A stretch of 64,000 nucleotides of DNA. Origin: Lama guanicoe. Taxonomy: Eukaryota. The DNA is taken from NCBI GenBank assembly GCA_013239625.1, contig MU053792.1:886112-950111 (forward strand), read 5' to 3'. The notes beneath the pieces are model-generated. The model made no database searches. It was not told the DNA's origin and was given only the letters and a program-made list of their open reading frames with translations. The position numbers and the translations under genes were made by a program. Shown one piece after another: positions 1-13,700 of the stretch; position 1 is the first letter of the stretch, and every line of letters begins with the position of its first letter.

Positions 1-157
1 AACATGCCTCAAATGGTTTAATTGAGTTATTGTTGTGGGTAAAGATGATCAACACTGAAGAGAAATAAGAAAATGCTGCTAAAACAACTGAAGTCTGAAA
101 TGTACATGGGAGTTGAAGAAGATGAGTGAAAAGTAATGTTATAGGGTAGATGTCTTT

Positions 158-811
158 TTTTTTTTTCTTTGATCAGGGGCGGGCAAGGAATAGCAACTTT
201 ATTTGGCAAGTAGGCAGACCAAGATGGCAGACTAATGTCCTGGAGAATCATCTTTCCCAAGCCAGAACTCAGGCTCCTTTTATACTAAAAAGGGGAAGGG
301 GTGGTCGGTTGTTGCAAACTTCTTCGTGTAGGAATTCTTTGCTCTTGGAATCCTTTGTTCTTACAGCTGTCCACCTGGGTCAGGTCATCGTGTCCCTGTA
401 AAACCTCCACAAAACAAATGTGATTTTCTATTCTGCAACTTGCTGTCTTTATATGAGTGCAAAAGTGTTAGTATCCTTAAAGGTCAGAGCCTTGAGAATA
501 GGCTCTCCTTAATATTGCAGGCTATTGGCAACATTCTTTTACAAAAGGTACTAAGACTAAGCCTAGGAAACAGGGCACAGGGTTAAAGCAAAAGGAACTG
601 ATCTAATATGGAGTCAGATGTGTTCTTTTCTATTACGGTTCCCCGCTGTCAATGTCCGTTCCACAATCTTGTGGGAAAGGGGGCGACGACCGTTCTGGCT
701 ACTTCCTGCTGAAAAGGGGCACTGAGGGTTATGGAATGGAATTGATCAGCCAGGGAACATTCCCGGGCATCTTTAGGCAGCAATATAATCTCTCTCTTCT
801 TTTTCTCTCTT
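158..811 (-). mobile_element. Processed (retroposed) copy of the 3' end of an ERV1-class transcript: internal 3' region, PPT, U3-R, poly(A)
   Basis: Homologous to the LTR at 57121-57646 but lacking its U5 end. AATAAA on the minus strand at 198-203, then a poly(A) tract (T-run 155-170). Flanking direct repeats at 142-157 and 812-827 match 14/16. Confidence 0.75.
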
Positions 812-3140
812 TAGGATGGATGTCTTTAAACAACCTTTTAAAACATTCTAGAGGCTTCATACTCTATGTGGGTCTCGGGATTTCAGTGTACATGATTAGC
901 ATGTTAAAGTCTCTAAAAATTCCTACAGCAAAGAAGCCCCTTAAATCTTATTTAACTTAGTTTCCAGCAAAAGTAGCCATAGAGCTTTTTTTTCCCAATC
1001 ACCTCTATGCATTCTATTTGCTTGGAAAATAAAATAACATATTTCAAAGAAAATAAGGGAAGTTTTGAATTAAAACTAAGAGAGAAAAGAATGTTCAGAT
1101 GATGATATTTCAAATAAATATGATAAAGAAGAGAAATACAAAAGTAAAGATATAGTGGTGGGAACATGATAACTTAACAGAAGTCTCCCATAATGAGAGG
1201 TTCATGCAATTCTCAAAGCTGGAGATTCACAGAATTATAGACCTTCAGGTTGACTGGATTTTAGAGGTCCTCCATCCCATGAACAACATGTTCACATGTG
1301 CTTATGCAGGCCACGTTTGAACAATTTGATCTTGAACATCTTTGATATATAATTCAGCAGATAATTTCTCATATATCCTTTTACAACATATGTGATCATA
1401 TGTGACATTTAAGTATAATCTTTATTCCCATCATCACTGTCCCCTCAAGTTTTCTATATAAACCAAAATAGATATTTATTCATTGATGATATATTTAGTT
1501 AGGGACATCTCAAGAAATGAGATATTTTGATTAGTAGAAAGTTATCTCTACATATTACCATTTATGAAGTTCCCATTTTCAAAGAAAACACCATAAAATG
1601 TATTTAACACTGAACTGTACTCTACGTAGTTTGACCTTTAAATGAGCATTTAGAGCTTGTCACATAAATAGATTATATACTGGATTGAGTTGGATCTGCA
1701 TTAAGTTTAGCATATACACTTGAACTATCATTTTAAATTTACTGAATCCAAGTTACTTGAGCTTTGCTGGTAATTAGCTTTATTACAGATAGATGAAGAT
1801 TTTTGCAAAACTAGGTTTGGGCTGTGTTAAATTTTACCTGATAATTTTCCATCTGTGCGTCGCTACCTCAATCTGGTGTAGGATGGAATTGGAAACATCT
1901 CGCATGTGTGCTGTTATTCAAATAACAATATGTTCAGAGAGATTATTTGAAGAAAAGGAACCGTGTCTTCGTTTCATCGTGCAAAAGCTATTTTTTCTCA
2001 TAAACAAATTTGGCATTCATCAAATATGTAATGATAAAGAATGTCACTCTCACAAGTATCTATTTTTTTCATTTTCTTCTTAGGAAAGATATATTCATAT
2101 TGGCTTAAAATATGTCATTTTTCTGAATCGCTATGGCCTAAAGAAGGCAACAGGATGTAGTGGAAAAAAGAATGAAAATTATAGACAAAAGTCCCAGGCT
2201 TTATCACTTAATGACTGTATTTATTCTACATGTTTGTTTATGAATGCAAAGGATTACCCCCTCCACCTACATCTCATTAAATTATTTTTAAATTGTTTCT
2301 TATAAAATGTCTCTTTAATTAAAGAAAAGCATGCTGTTCAGTGATTCTTTCAAGCAGTTATGTGCATTTCAAATTCATAATCACAAACTCCACAGAATCT
2401 TTCGTGCCCCTTTGCAAATATTTTAAATCACTAAACTGAAATGCTGTTAAATCAAAATGGATCTCTGCTAAGATATACTCATAGTTAACATGATTAGAAA
2501 CATTTTAGTAAAGCTTTGTGGGTGTAGAATTTTAGAACCACTACAATACGCAGAGAAAAGAGTATACCCTTCAATGTGCTTTCCTGGAGCTGTTGGCAGT
2601 TACCATGATGATACGGAGTCAGGGAGTGGGAATTAAACACCCAAATTTCAGCATTTGCTTTTCACTCATATGCTATGACCTTATTCAAATTATATTGCTT
2701 ATAAGGCCCTGAATGAGGGAGAGGTATATATCAAGTGATCTGTGATCTGAAAGGATGAAACGGAAGGATTTTTTTTTAAGATTTGCAATAAAGTCAAAGC
2801 AAACCAGTACTAAGAATGGGTGTCCTTAAGGTATATAGGACAGTATGAAGGGGGAAATTGTGTGTCATGAATATAAAGAATTTATTTAATGAGGGTACTC
2901 ATTCATTCTTATTTACCTATGTAAGAGAATAAAGCTTTTCCACAAAATTTAGATATCTAAATAAAAATATTTTATGAAATTTGGGTCCTTGATTAGACAT
3001 AGAGATTAGAGACTTAGAATATAACATAGATGTGTTACACTACAGAGATGGAAGCTTGGGACAACTAGCCAACAAAAGTAACCATTTTTTACATTATCAA
3101 TTTCACTACCCCATTGGTAATTTTTTTTTAATTTGGAGGT

Positions 3141-3619
3141 TGTCGTAGTTCAGTTTCCCTCAGAAACAGATCCTAAGACAAGGATTTACATGTAATTAGT
3201 TGGCTTAAAAGTGAAGAACACACTGGAAAGGGAATAGAAGAATGCAGTCAATAAAAGGTGCGTTTATCTAGGAAATTACCATGTGGATGGCAGGGGCTTA
3301 ATCTCATTTGAAATCAGTGTAAACTGATTATTGTAAAGGACTGTAGAACATACATGTCAGAATCATCTCACTTGATGGGCAAACGGACTGGAGGGAGGAT
3401 TCATGTGCCCGCTCCTGTCAGTCATTGTATTGAGAAGGGCATTCATTCCCTGGCACTTCTAGCCTGATCTCCTCACCACTAAGGGCAAAGTGGGTTCTAG
3501 AGACCAGAAAAGACCCTGAGCTAAGGAAATTCAAGTGCTGGCACTTAGAAGGTGAGTGAGTTTGCACTGAAATAGTCAAAGGGAAAGCATGGTTGGAGCG
3601 TCAAATAGCGTCTGTTACA
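3141..3619. mobile_element. Old ERVL-type solo LTR (LTR16-like)
   Basis: TG...CA termini. The start tgtcgtagttcagtttccctcagaaacagatcctaagacaaggattt and end gcgtctgttaca resemble the LTR16 consensus as recalled. Confidence 0.6.
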
Positions 3620-6600
3620 TTGACTAACAATACAGACGTAGGAATTTAAGTCTGCACAAGCTTCTAGAGCCCAAAGAAGGATACCTCAAAATCTTTTACT
3701 GGTAATCAGCCTCTGCTAAGAGCTTCCAGTGAGAGAAAGACAGATCAGTGATTTGAGAGGCAGCCATCCCTTCATGGACACCTCTCCCTGCCTCCCTTTT
3801 CTCTAAAAAGAGTTTGCCCTAATTAGAAACTTTTATAAATTCTAACATTTCCAAGTATAGAAAAAAAATGCACATGTGTGTACCTATTTATCTTAAAATA
3901 TATGAAGAGCGTTCTCATTCCTTCACTTGTCCCTGGATCTCTTCTCTCACTAAACAGACTTCGTCCTTTTGGTCAGAGAGTCTTTATTTTCCTCTTGCCA
4001 TCTGTGCCTCATCCTAAAGACCTGCTGTTACCTTGCAAAGTTGTAGTTTAAGGAAGTCTACAGCTTGTTTGCAAAAGTTTACTTCTGATGGAACTGAAGT
4101 AAACTTTAAAAACTAACTAGACAAACTAAAGCTTTTATTTTTACTTATAATAAAATATTTTGAAACATCTTAAAAATCAACATTCAGGGGAAATTTGGGA
4201 GTTTGGAATGTCTATAGAACAAAAAAAAAAAAGGTTTAGTGATAGTGACTGCTCACTATAATAAGTTCCCCACATTTACCAGGCATCATTGTCCCTACCA
4301 CCACCAAATATATTGTGCTGTTTTTTCCAGGTCACTGAATTCTCTGGACCATAATAATAACTAACAATTCCTGGGAGAGGAATTTCCAACTGACTTATAA
4401 AGCTAAATTAAAAGGAAACTAAAATCATTCATATTGGAATGTGCATTGCAAGTCTTTAGCTTGAAGACAGTGCTCAGTATAATGGCTGCAGCTCTGTAAA
4501 AATAGTTTGAGGTGATATACATCAGCCCTTACCTAGAAAGCCATCTGAGTCCCGTATAGGTCATTGATACATAAAGGATTAGTGTAAAATTAGTTTATGG
4601 ATTGAAGGCTGAACTATTATTCATTCAATGTTTGTGATATTTATATGCTTATTAACTTCATTATTCATCCATTCATTCAGCATTGATATCTGTTCTCTTT
4701 AAAACTACCTTGTTGTCCTAACCAAATGATACCACTTCTTAAAATCATGGCACTCCCTTTCCTCTGCCCTGCATTTCAGTCATTTCTGTTTAAGTCTTAC
4801 CCCCTTATGAGATAATAAACACTTGTCACAGCAGCACTGACTTACTTTATAGTCCTTGAATCTCCTTACCCTAGACTTGTACATTGGTAACATTTATTGA
4901 ATTAAATTTATTTAAATGTGGAGTCAAGGTGGAAAAGTGTCCTGGATCCATTTTTTTCTTAATTTTACTAAATGAATAAAGACTTAGAAGTCATATTCAT
5001 GAAGATTGATTATGTCATAATTTGTTAATAAAACAATTGTGATCACATCTGTAGTTTACCATGTTAATATACATAAGCCTGATTTTAGAACTGATTCATT
5101 TGACCAGCGCAATAGATACTTCTAAACAACTGTTTATTTCCTAAAGAACAAGAAAATATTAACTAAAGGAGTCAATTAGTCACTTTTTGTAGGCATTTTA
5201 TTCTTGGAAAGATGGGCTCCTTTGAAAGTGTATGATCAATACAACTTGTTTGTCTTACTAACACATTCTTTGGAACTCTAAACAGACACGTGATCAACAT
5301 TCTTTGTCTAGCTGCTTCCTCTATGTCTTTTAAGAAGATAAAAAGAATGGAGATGCAGATTCTCTACTCCTATATTTTTCTGTCTCTGTGAAAGTCCATA
5401 ATTAATGACTGCAACCAAGCCCTCACCCTAGGGCGTTGTTTTCTCTTAACAATTTGGCCAAACATACTTGTATGAAGGTACTGCTATGTTACAGTCATAT
5501 CTTTCACCTCAAGCTGTTTATTTTCCCTCTTTGTAGAAGAATAATTTCAGAAATACAGAGACATGAGGTTTGGTCTACATCCAAAATCAAATCACTCAGA
5601 TTTGGGTTTTTTATGAGATAGTCTTCATTTTGGTTGTGATGAAAAACTACACCCATGACATTGTCAGTTTTACACAATCATTAAAAAAAAAAAAACCAAC
5701 TTAGACAAATGACCCTCTAGGTATAGGACACTTCACAATGGAGTATAAATTAGATTTTTTTCACAAAGAAATTCCCATTTAGTGGTGGATGCTTGGCAGA
5801 GGGACTGAGATCTGGCCTTACACCAGGCCACACTAGGTCAGGGTGGTGAGTGTTCAAAGGCACTGAGGCCTTGGCATTAGTTTGTCTGGCACATTTGTTT
5901 TTTCCCAGCCAGGATCTGGCTCAGCAAAAATGGTATTCCCCAACCAGGTAATAAATCTTCAGAGCATTTTCCCTTGAGACTTCCAGTTTCCAGAATGTTG
6001 ATCTACCTTCAGCTCTGCAGAGCCTTTTCTGCCAGAATTAATGTCACTTTCAGTTCTTTGTGGTTTTGACAAGTCCTCACCTCTTGAAAATGTATCTCAT
6101 TAGCTTTAATTTATTATAGTTCTTTGCTAGGAAATCTAGAACTAAGAGTGATTTCTTCATGGAGACGCCTAGTGCAGAATTTCCACTGGTTGCCCTTTTT
6201 TTTTTTCACGTTTACAAGTGTTTACACTTTAAAATTAATTTAAAAGAAATCAGAGGTTATTGAGGACTGCCACACAGAAATTACAAGCTGAGAGTGACAA
6301 GAAGAGGCAGGATGTGTATGGGGGCTTAAGCAGTATGTATAAAAGGCTAAAATAGCCACACAAGAGAAACGTTATAGTGCATCAGCAAGAAATAAATAAT
6401 GGATTGCCGAGTGACAACAATCTCTGCTGAGGTCAAATATCACGAATCTTTAGTAAGACTTAGTAATAGAGTATGCAGTTTCCCAAATGAGTACCACCCA
6501 TCCTTCATAACTGTCTGTGACAAGCTTTACCTGCAATTCCCAGAGAATAAGAGGGCTACAGCCCAATCAGCTCATGCTAAACCACTCAGGCTTGCATTAC

Positions 6601-7058
6601 CCAATAACATAATTAATTAAGCGGTTTATTTACCAAACTTTCTTTATACTCCTGTCTATTCATTGCTTTGTTCTCATCTTTATGGTGAGACTGTAAAGGG
6701 AGGTTTTGCTTGAGATAAATTATGCACTGCATAAATCTGGCAATATAAGGTATGTAGAAATGCTATGTAAAACGTTACAAATGCATAGCTTACCTTCCAA
6801 GAAAGTAAAAGCTCTTCAGGGGCCACGAAGGAAAGCTGACTGTGCTGAAAGAAGTTGTCAGATTGGGTAGCCTGACTGGGGATTTAATGCTCACCCAGGA
6901 ATGGGAACTTTGGGCTCAGTCAAGGCAATCAGTTAGACCTGAGATGCCATCTAAAATCAGACTCTTGAAGGGCAACACCTCAACAAAAACAGAAGAGTAG
7001 GGGGAAAATCTACCATTTATACACAGAGTCAACAAAATGTCTTCTGTCTTGGCCTGAG

Positions 7059-7470
7059 GTTAGTGTAGGGAGGGAGGTATCTTCCATGAGAGTTCGTCAT
7101 CACAGCCTTCTTCAGGCAGATTGTAGTTTGAATTTATGTCACACACAGTCATCTGGGAATCTGGAAACTGAGAAATTATCATGAAACTGACCCTGAGGGT
7201 AGTGATACCAACACTGTGGTTATCTGTTAGAAGCAAACACGAAATATATTTGAAGGGATATTTAAAGTTAGTGTAGGGAGGGAGGTATCTTCTATGAGAA
7301 TTCGTCATCACAGCCTTCTTCAGGCAGATTGTAGTTTGAATTTATGCCACACACAGTCATCTGGGAATCTGGAAACAGAAATTATCATGAAACTGACCCT
7401 GAGGGTAGTGATACCAACATTGTGGTTATCTGTTAGAAGCAAACACGAAATATATTTGAAGGGATATTTA
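7059..7470. repeat. Direct tandem duplication, two copies of about 205 bp
   Basis: 7059-7264 and 7267-7470 differ by about 4 substitutions and one 2-bp indel. Confidence 0.95.
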
Positions 7471-7645
7471 TGGGATATTGGCTGAGGATTTCCCAGAATT
7501 ATTCACATGCAATCCTCACAGTCAAGAAGCACAACAAATCCTGAACAAAATAAACAAAAAGTGAAAATCCAAATTCGTTGTAATGAAATTGCAGAACCTT
7601 TAATACAAAGAGAAGGTCTTAGATGTAATCAAAAAGAAGAGATGA
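7440..7645 (+). mobile_element. Ancient L1 ORF1 fragment
   Basis: gaaatatatttgaag...ctgaggatttcccagaatt...caagaagcacaacaaatcc...aaagagaaggtctt resembles decayed L1 ORF1. Confidence 0.5.
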
Positions 7646-8692
7646 GCAGAGATTCCATTCCACCAATAGCCATGTATGAAAAACTCTTGTTTTCCAACAT
7701 AATTCATTTATTCTAGGTTTAAAATAAAAGAGTTTTCCTGTGTTTCATACAGAAGTCACTAATTTACAAATAATTATTTTTAGAAGACATTAAAATACTA
7801 AAAATAATTCAATTTTTCTTTAATGATGTAAGTACATGAAAATCTTGTGTTATCTTTAAGGACACAAATGAGGCTGCAAAGCTGCTCATTAGTATCTCAT
7901 TAAAGGAATTTTCACTTTTATGAAATAAGATTTTTGATTTCTAATATAGAAATAAAGTTATTTTTTAAATCCTCTTTTTCTTAAAATTTGTTTCTAATTT
8001 CCGAAACACTCCTAAAAACATTCATAGAAAAAAAATGAATCTAGCAGAAAGAAAAGTCTCTTGATGTAGTTTTGCCCTCATTCTTTTTATTTAATAAAAT
8101 ATTTCTACACCCATCTGCAGTTGAGAATTAACTAAGTATTTTGTGGCCTCAGAGGCATCTAAAAGCAGAAATTAGGCCTTAAAAATATCTTAACTTGCTT
8201 TTCAGGACAACAGTCCAATCGACTCACAGATCATTCTCACCAGTTGGGTACACCCAGCAGTCTACCATCAATTTCTATAAATTACCAATAAATTTCAGTA
8301 CATCTAAATTCTTGGAGCCAAAATAACTTTATTTCTTATGTTAAAGTATTCTTTTTTAGAAATATATATAAGGTATTGTCTTTTTCATAACGCTGTCATT
8401 CTCTTTGAGGGGATTATAGTATAGTAGTTTTCTGAACAAAGTATTGTGAAATGATTGGTCATTTATACAATGTGATTGAAATTAGAGGGTTTTTTAAACT
8501 TCAACTATTTAATTTCTAATGTGGCTTATGAATTTGTTTTAATTGGGATAGATCGCTTTTATAAGAAAAACTCATCATTTTTTCATCATGTTTCTACATG
8601 GAATTATGCTAGAATAGTTAAAATTGTTTCTGTTAATATAATCATTCAGTAAAGTTAAATTGGTTTTCTCATATTTCCTTATCTCTTTACAG

Positions 8693-8746
8693 ATTGTGAG
8701 TGTTGGAAAGCATGTTAAAGGCTACCATTATATCATTGCAAACTTG
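8693..8746 (+). CDS. GRIA4: GRIA4 internal coding exon (about exon 6), IVSVGKHVKGYHYIIANL
   Basis: Polypyrimidine tract and acag acceptor at 8691-8692, gtaag donor at 8747. 54 nt, phase 0. The translation matches the GluA4 amino-terminal domain as I recall it. Exon number is inferred. Confidence 0.97.
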
Positions 8747-8894
8747 GTAAGAACTCTTTATTTTCTATCTTTAATAAGAATTGCTCATACAGTCAAGATT
8801 ATTTTAACTGAGCCTTAAAATAAATCTCTAATAAATTGTTAGACTATATTAATTACTTACTGAGATTTTTATAACACATAGGATAATATTTTTA

Positions 8895-9407
8895 TGTGGT
8901 GACAAAAAAAATAATCAATGATCAATCAAAGAAAGAAATGGAAAATTTTATTCAAGCCTTTAAGCCTATCTGAGGGTTATTACCCGGGAGACACTCAGAA
9001 AACTCTGAAGACTGTTCTGCCCATTAGAGGTCAAAGCACAAGTTTTTCTGCACAAGTTAGGGGCCAAAGCATAAGATCTTGAGATAAAGGATTTTGCATC
9101 AAAGTAACATACTGACAGTTTACATATTCCAACAAGGCCAGCAGTGGATCATTGTGACATCTTACAGGATTGCGAAAGGAATGTCATCTCCCAACGCTTT
9201 ATCTTGTTGGGAGAGGAGGAAACTGCTTTGTGTGGGGTGTGTGTGTGTGAGTAGGCATTCTTGTATCTTTTAAGGGGTTCTAATTAATTTATTAATATAT
9301 AATGTAGATGCACAATGCACACTAAAGGGGAGGAGGTAGTGGCACAAGTGGTAGAGAAAGTGTTACATTATATTTCTCTTGTCTTGCCTTAAAACAATTT
9401 TATTCCA
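8895..9407 (-). mobile_element. ERV1-type solo LTR
   Basis: TG...CA bounded, about 510 bp, with tttatt (minus-strand poly(A) signal) near the left end. Resembles artiodactyl ERV1 LTRs. Confidence 0.55.
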
Positions 9408-10255
9408 TTAATTGCAATAATGATTATATTTCTAATTCAGTATATTTTGATGTAGATTAGCTAGCTTGATAGCTGTCAAAGTGACCTTCAAAGCTAATTA
9501 TAATGTTTGTTTTACTATGAAATTATTTAACAAATTAAATAATGGCCTTTTCTCTGTGTATGGGTAAAGACGGTCAATACTTAGGAGTATTAGAAGAATG
9601 ATTGAAACTAGGGACTCATATTTCTTAATTTTATGAAAACCAAGATTGAAGTGGCTATTTAAGGAAGCTTTTTTGATTGAGAGTAATCCAAATTTTTAAT
9701 ATCATGTCAACTTTCACATATATAAATGGCTATTGAACAAGATACAGGCATTAGCATAACATTCTTAAAGGTGTAAAGCAAGTCCTTTTACATTTCTTGG
9801 CAAGACTCAAGTATTTCTTGTTAACTTTGCAAGTATGAGCAAAAACTAACTATGCAGGGGGCCATTCTTGTTTTTTTAAAGTACCATCTGCCCTAAGGGC
9901 TTGATCTCAAAAGTTGTTTACCCTAAAGAAATCAGGAATGTGTTCTCCTTTTTCTTTCTTCCCTACCACGTATATCTTTGGTGAGGATCTTGTGCTCGAA
10001 GCAGGGAAAGAACCAAAGGCTGCATAAAAGATTCATATTCATCCAGTCTTTTCATGTGGCAAGTGAGCTATCACACTTTGAGACAGGAATTTTCAGACTT
10101 TAGTGAACTACGTTTCACTATGAAGTTGAGATAATAAACTGTAAAGTCTTATTATATTGTGTTTCTTAAATAAAGCATAATTCTGTTACTTAATATTATC
10201 ATGAAAATACTGAGAAATTTTGAGTTGTTTTTTCCATTGCTTTTAGCAGACCTAT

Positions 10256-10353
10256 AGTATAGATATTTAATATTTAATATATTAAATATAAAAATATTAA
10301 ATATATTAAATATAAAATAGTATATATTTAATATTAAATATATAAAAATATAA
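10256..10353. repeat. AT-only low-complexity repeat
   Basis: Repeated atattaaatata-type units with almost no G or C. Confidence 0.85.
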
Positions 10354-10713
10354 ACCTGAAAGCAAATATATTCTGATATGAATCACTATAAGAGAAAAAC
10401 AGAGATTTATTTATGTGACATATAATGTCAATGACACGATATGAGGAGACTCTAGAAAATAGCGGGTTTTACTAACATCTATTCTTTCCAAACAATAGGT
10501 TTCAGAAGGAAAGAAAGACAATATGTTACAGACTATGATGCCAGAAAGGAATTGCTGACATTGACAAACCAATACAAAATGAAAAAAATTAATATTTGTA
10601 ACACCCTAAAGGGTATAACAGCCAATATTAAACAGCTAGTAGATGGCAACATATTCCAGTTATCTATATAATGACTAAGTAACAATATATGAAGTAGAAA
10701 AGATTAGTTTAGT

Positions 10714-13700
10714 TGGAGGGATTAAAATGGAGACATAGGAAGCTTCTTGACTTCCTTCCTCCCACAAACACACATACAGAGCAATTCCCCAAAGAGAACT
10801 TGAGAAACTAGCTGAATGACTCCCACACACCAAGCAACCAAGAAAATACCCACATAAAAATGGGTAGGAAAGACTGAGACACATTCTTTCCATAAACACT
10901 ACTGCCTGGCACAATCAGGAGAGACCCCTCAAAGTCCAGCTTCTCCGTGAAAAGCAAAGGATTTGGAGCACACATTTAGCACCTGTTTTTAAGGCTGCCA
11001 CTCAAGAGACAGCCAGCCCCCTTAAAACACCTAGCTCTGAAAGCCAGTGGAGCATGCATCCACAAGACCCACATGCCTGTAGAAAACAAAGAAGCCATTC
11101 TTAACAGGCACATGAGCATCCACTGCACCTCTCCCCACAGGCCTGTGCTCAAAGGGAGCAGACAAAAACACTCATCTGCCAGTCTTTCCCTGGGAAGGGA
11201 TTGACTGTATACTTTACAGCCCACTATCTGAGAGTTCATCTTCAAAGGGTCTGACTGCACACATCTAGGACTGGGCTTTGCCCTCCATGGAGCACAAGGG
11301 AGACAATGGGCATTTCTGCCACCTTATCCCTCCAACCTGTAATAACTGTAAAACCAAGTTGCCAGCATGTCTCTAGAAGGAGGTTGTACACATGCTTGGC
11401 ACCCTCCTTTTGCTGCTGCTACCAACAGGACAAGTGGATCTGTTGCCAACAGAACTTGCATTAGCAGTTCCGCAGAACTGCAGCAAACAATAAAGCAGTT
11501 CTTAACAGGTGTGCATGAGAATACTCACCAAGGCTATCCCTTCAGGACTCATATAGAGGGAATAGGCAAAATGTCCACATTTCAGTCTTTCCTCAAAATG
11601 GGTTTGACTGCATATTTTACAAGCTGCCGCCTGAAGGTTAGGCTTATAATCAGTCTGCCCATAGATGCTAACTGTGGCTCTCTCCTTTAGGACACTGACA
11701 GGTCTTGGCACACCTTCCACTACTGGGAAACACTAAGAACAAAGAAGGTGGCTTGGCCAATTACATAGGTTTCAGAGACAATAAGGAATTAAGTCCAGGC
11801 TGATTAACTATGTTTATCTCCTATACAAGACCAATCTATTTGGACTAGGAGAGGTGGCTATTTTATCTAATGTACAGGAACCAATCCAGAGAATCAAGAA
11901 AATATGAAGAAACAGGGGAATATTTTCCAAACAAAAGGACAAGATAAATCTTCAGAAAAAAATTCTTAATGAAGTGGAGATAGTGATTTAGCCAATAGAG
12001 AGTTCAAAATAACAATCATAAAAACGCTTACCAAGTTCTGGGGAATAATTCATGAACAAAATGAGAATTTCAACAAAGACACACAAAATAGTAAAAAGTT
12101 CCAAACAGAAGTCACAGAGCTGAGGAATATAATAACTTAACTGAAATATTCAATAGAGGTATTCAACAAAAGATTTGATTAAGTAGAAGAAAAGATCAGC
12201 TAACTTGAAAACATGGCAATGGAATTCATTCAATCAGAGAAAGTAAAAAGAATGAGAAAAAATGAAGATAGCTTAAGGGACTTATGATACACCATCAAAT
12301 GGATCAATATATGCATCATAGAGGTCCCAGAAGGAGAAGAGAGAGAGAAAAGGTCAGAAAACATGTACAAAGAAACAATGGTGGAAAACCTTTCTAATCT
12401 GAAGAAATCCAGATCCAATAAGACCAAAAAAATACCAAATAAGCTGAATGATAAAATTAAAATTGTGAAAAATTAAAGACAAAGAGATAGTTTTAAAAGC
12501 ATCAAGGAAAAAACAACTTGTTATGTGCAAGGGAACCACCACAAGACTATCAGTGTGTTTTTCAGCAGAAACTTTACAGGGAAAAAAGGAGTGAAACAAT
12601 ATGTTCAAAGAGCTGATGGGAAAAAATTGCCAACCAAGAATAATCTACTTGACAAAGTTGTCCCTCGGAATTGAAGGAGAGAGAAAGAGTTTTCTAACAA
12701 ACAAAAGCTAAAAAAGTTGACCACCATAAGTGACTTTACGAGATATTTTAACATTTCAAGCTGAAATAAAAGGATTCAAACTAGTAAAATGAAAGCATAG
12801 GAAAGTATAAAACCCATTGGTAAAGGTAAATATACAGATAAATTCAGACTACTCCAACATTGTAATCATTTCTAAGTATGTGAGTAAATGTAGGTAAATC
12901 ATTTCTAAGGTTACAAGACAAAAGTATTGAAAATAATTATAACTACAGTAATTTCCTAATGGACACAGAATATAAAAAGATGCAAATTGTGACATCAAAA
13001 ACATAAAAAGTGGGAAAGAACGTGTAAAACTGTAGAGTTATTGTATGTATTCAAAGTTTACTTGTTATCAGTTTAAAGTGGACCATGACAATATGTAAGC
13101 CTCATGGTAATCACAAGGCAAAAACCTATAGCAGAAACATAAAAAAGGAAGAAAAAGGAACTAAAGTGTATCACTACAGAAAATCATCAAATCATAAAAG
13201 CCAAGAGCAAGAGTGGAAGAAAGGAATAATAGAACTACAAATCGTCTAGAGAACAATTAACAAAATGTCGATATTTATTATCAATTTACACCAATAACTA
13301 TTGAAATGTAAATGGGCTAAATCCTCCAATCAAAATGCATACAGTGGCTGAATGGATAAAGAAAGTACACCCAACTATATGATGCCTACAAAAGAATCAT
13401 TCCAGCTTTAAGGACATACACAGATGAAAGTAAAGGAATTGAAAAAAGTAGCCCATGCAAATGGAAACCAAGGAAAGAAGAAGATAGACTTATGCCAGAC
13501 CATATCAACTTTAAGCCAAAACTATTACCAGAGATGAAGATCATTGTATAATGATAAAGGGCCAATTCATCAATAGAATATAACATTTATGCACCCAGCA
13601 TGAGAGTACCTAAACATATAAAGCAAATATTAACAGTTTTGAAAAGGGAAATAGACAACAATACTGTAACAGCATCATTACCACATTTTCAACAATGGAT

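Noticed and set aside
150..401. Similar ORFs at 150-401 and 57248-57571 (LLQTSSCRNSL / LLQTSCCRNSL) suggesting a gene family
   Set aside because: The similarity comes from two related LTR copies read on the antisense strand.
1793..2083. 96-aa ORF or possible conserved element (also 6330-6640 and 56100-56390)
   Set aside because: No recognisable protein. Conservation cannot be judged without alignments.
7059..7470. CRISPR-like or satellite array
   Set aside because: Only two long units, no repeat-spacer structure, and a eukaryotic intron context.
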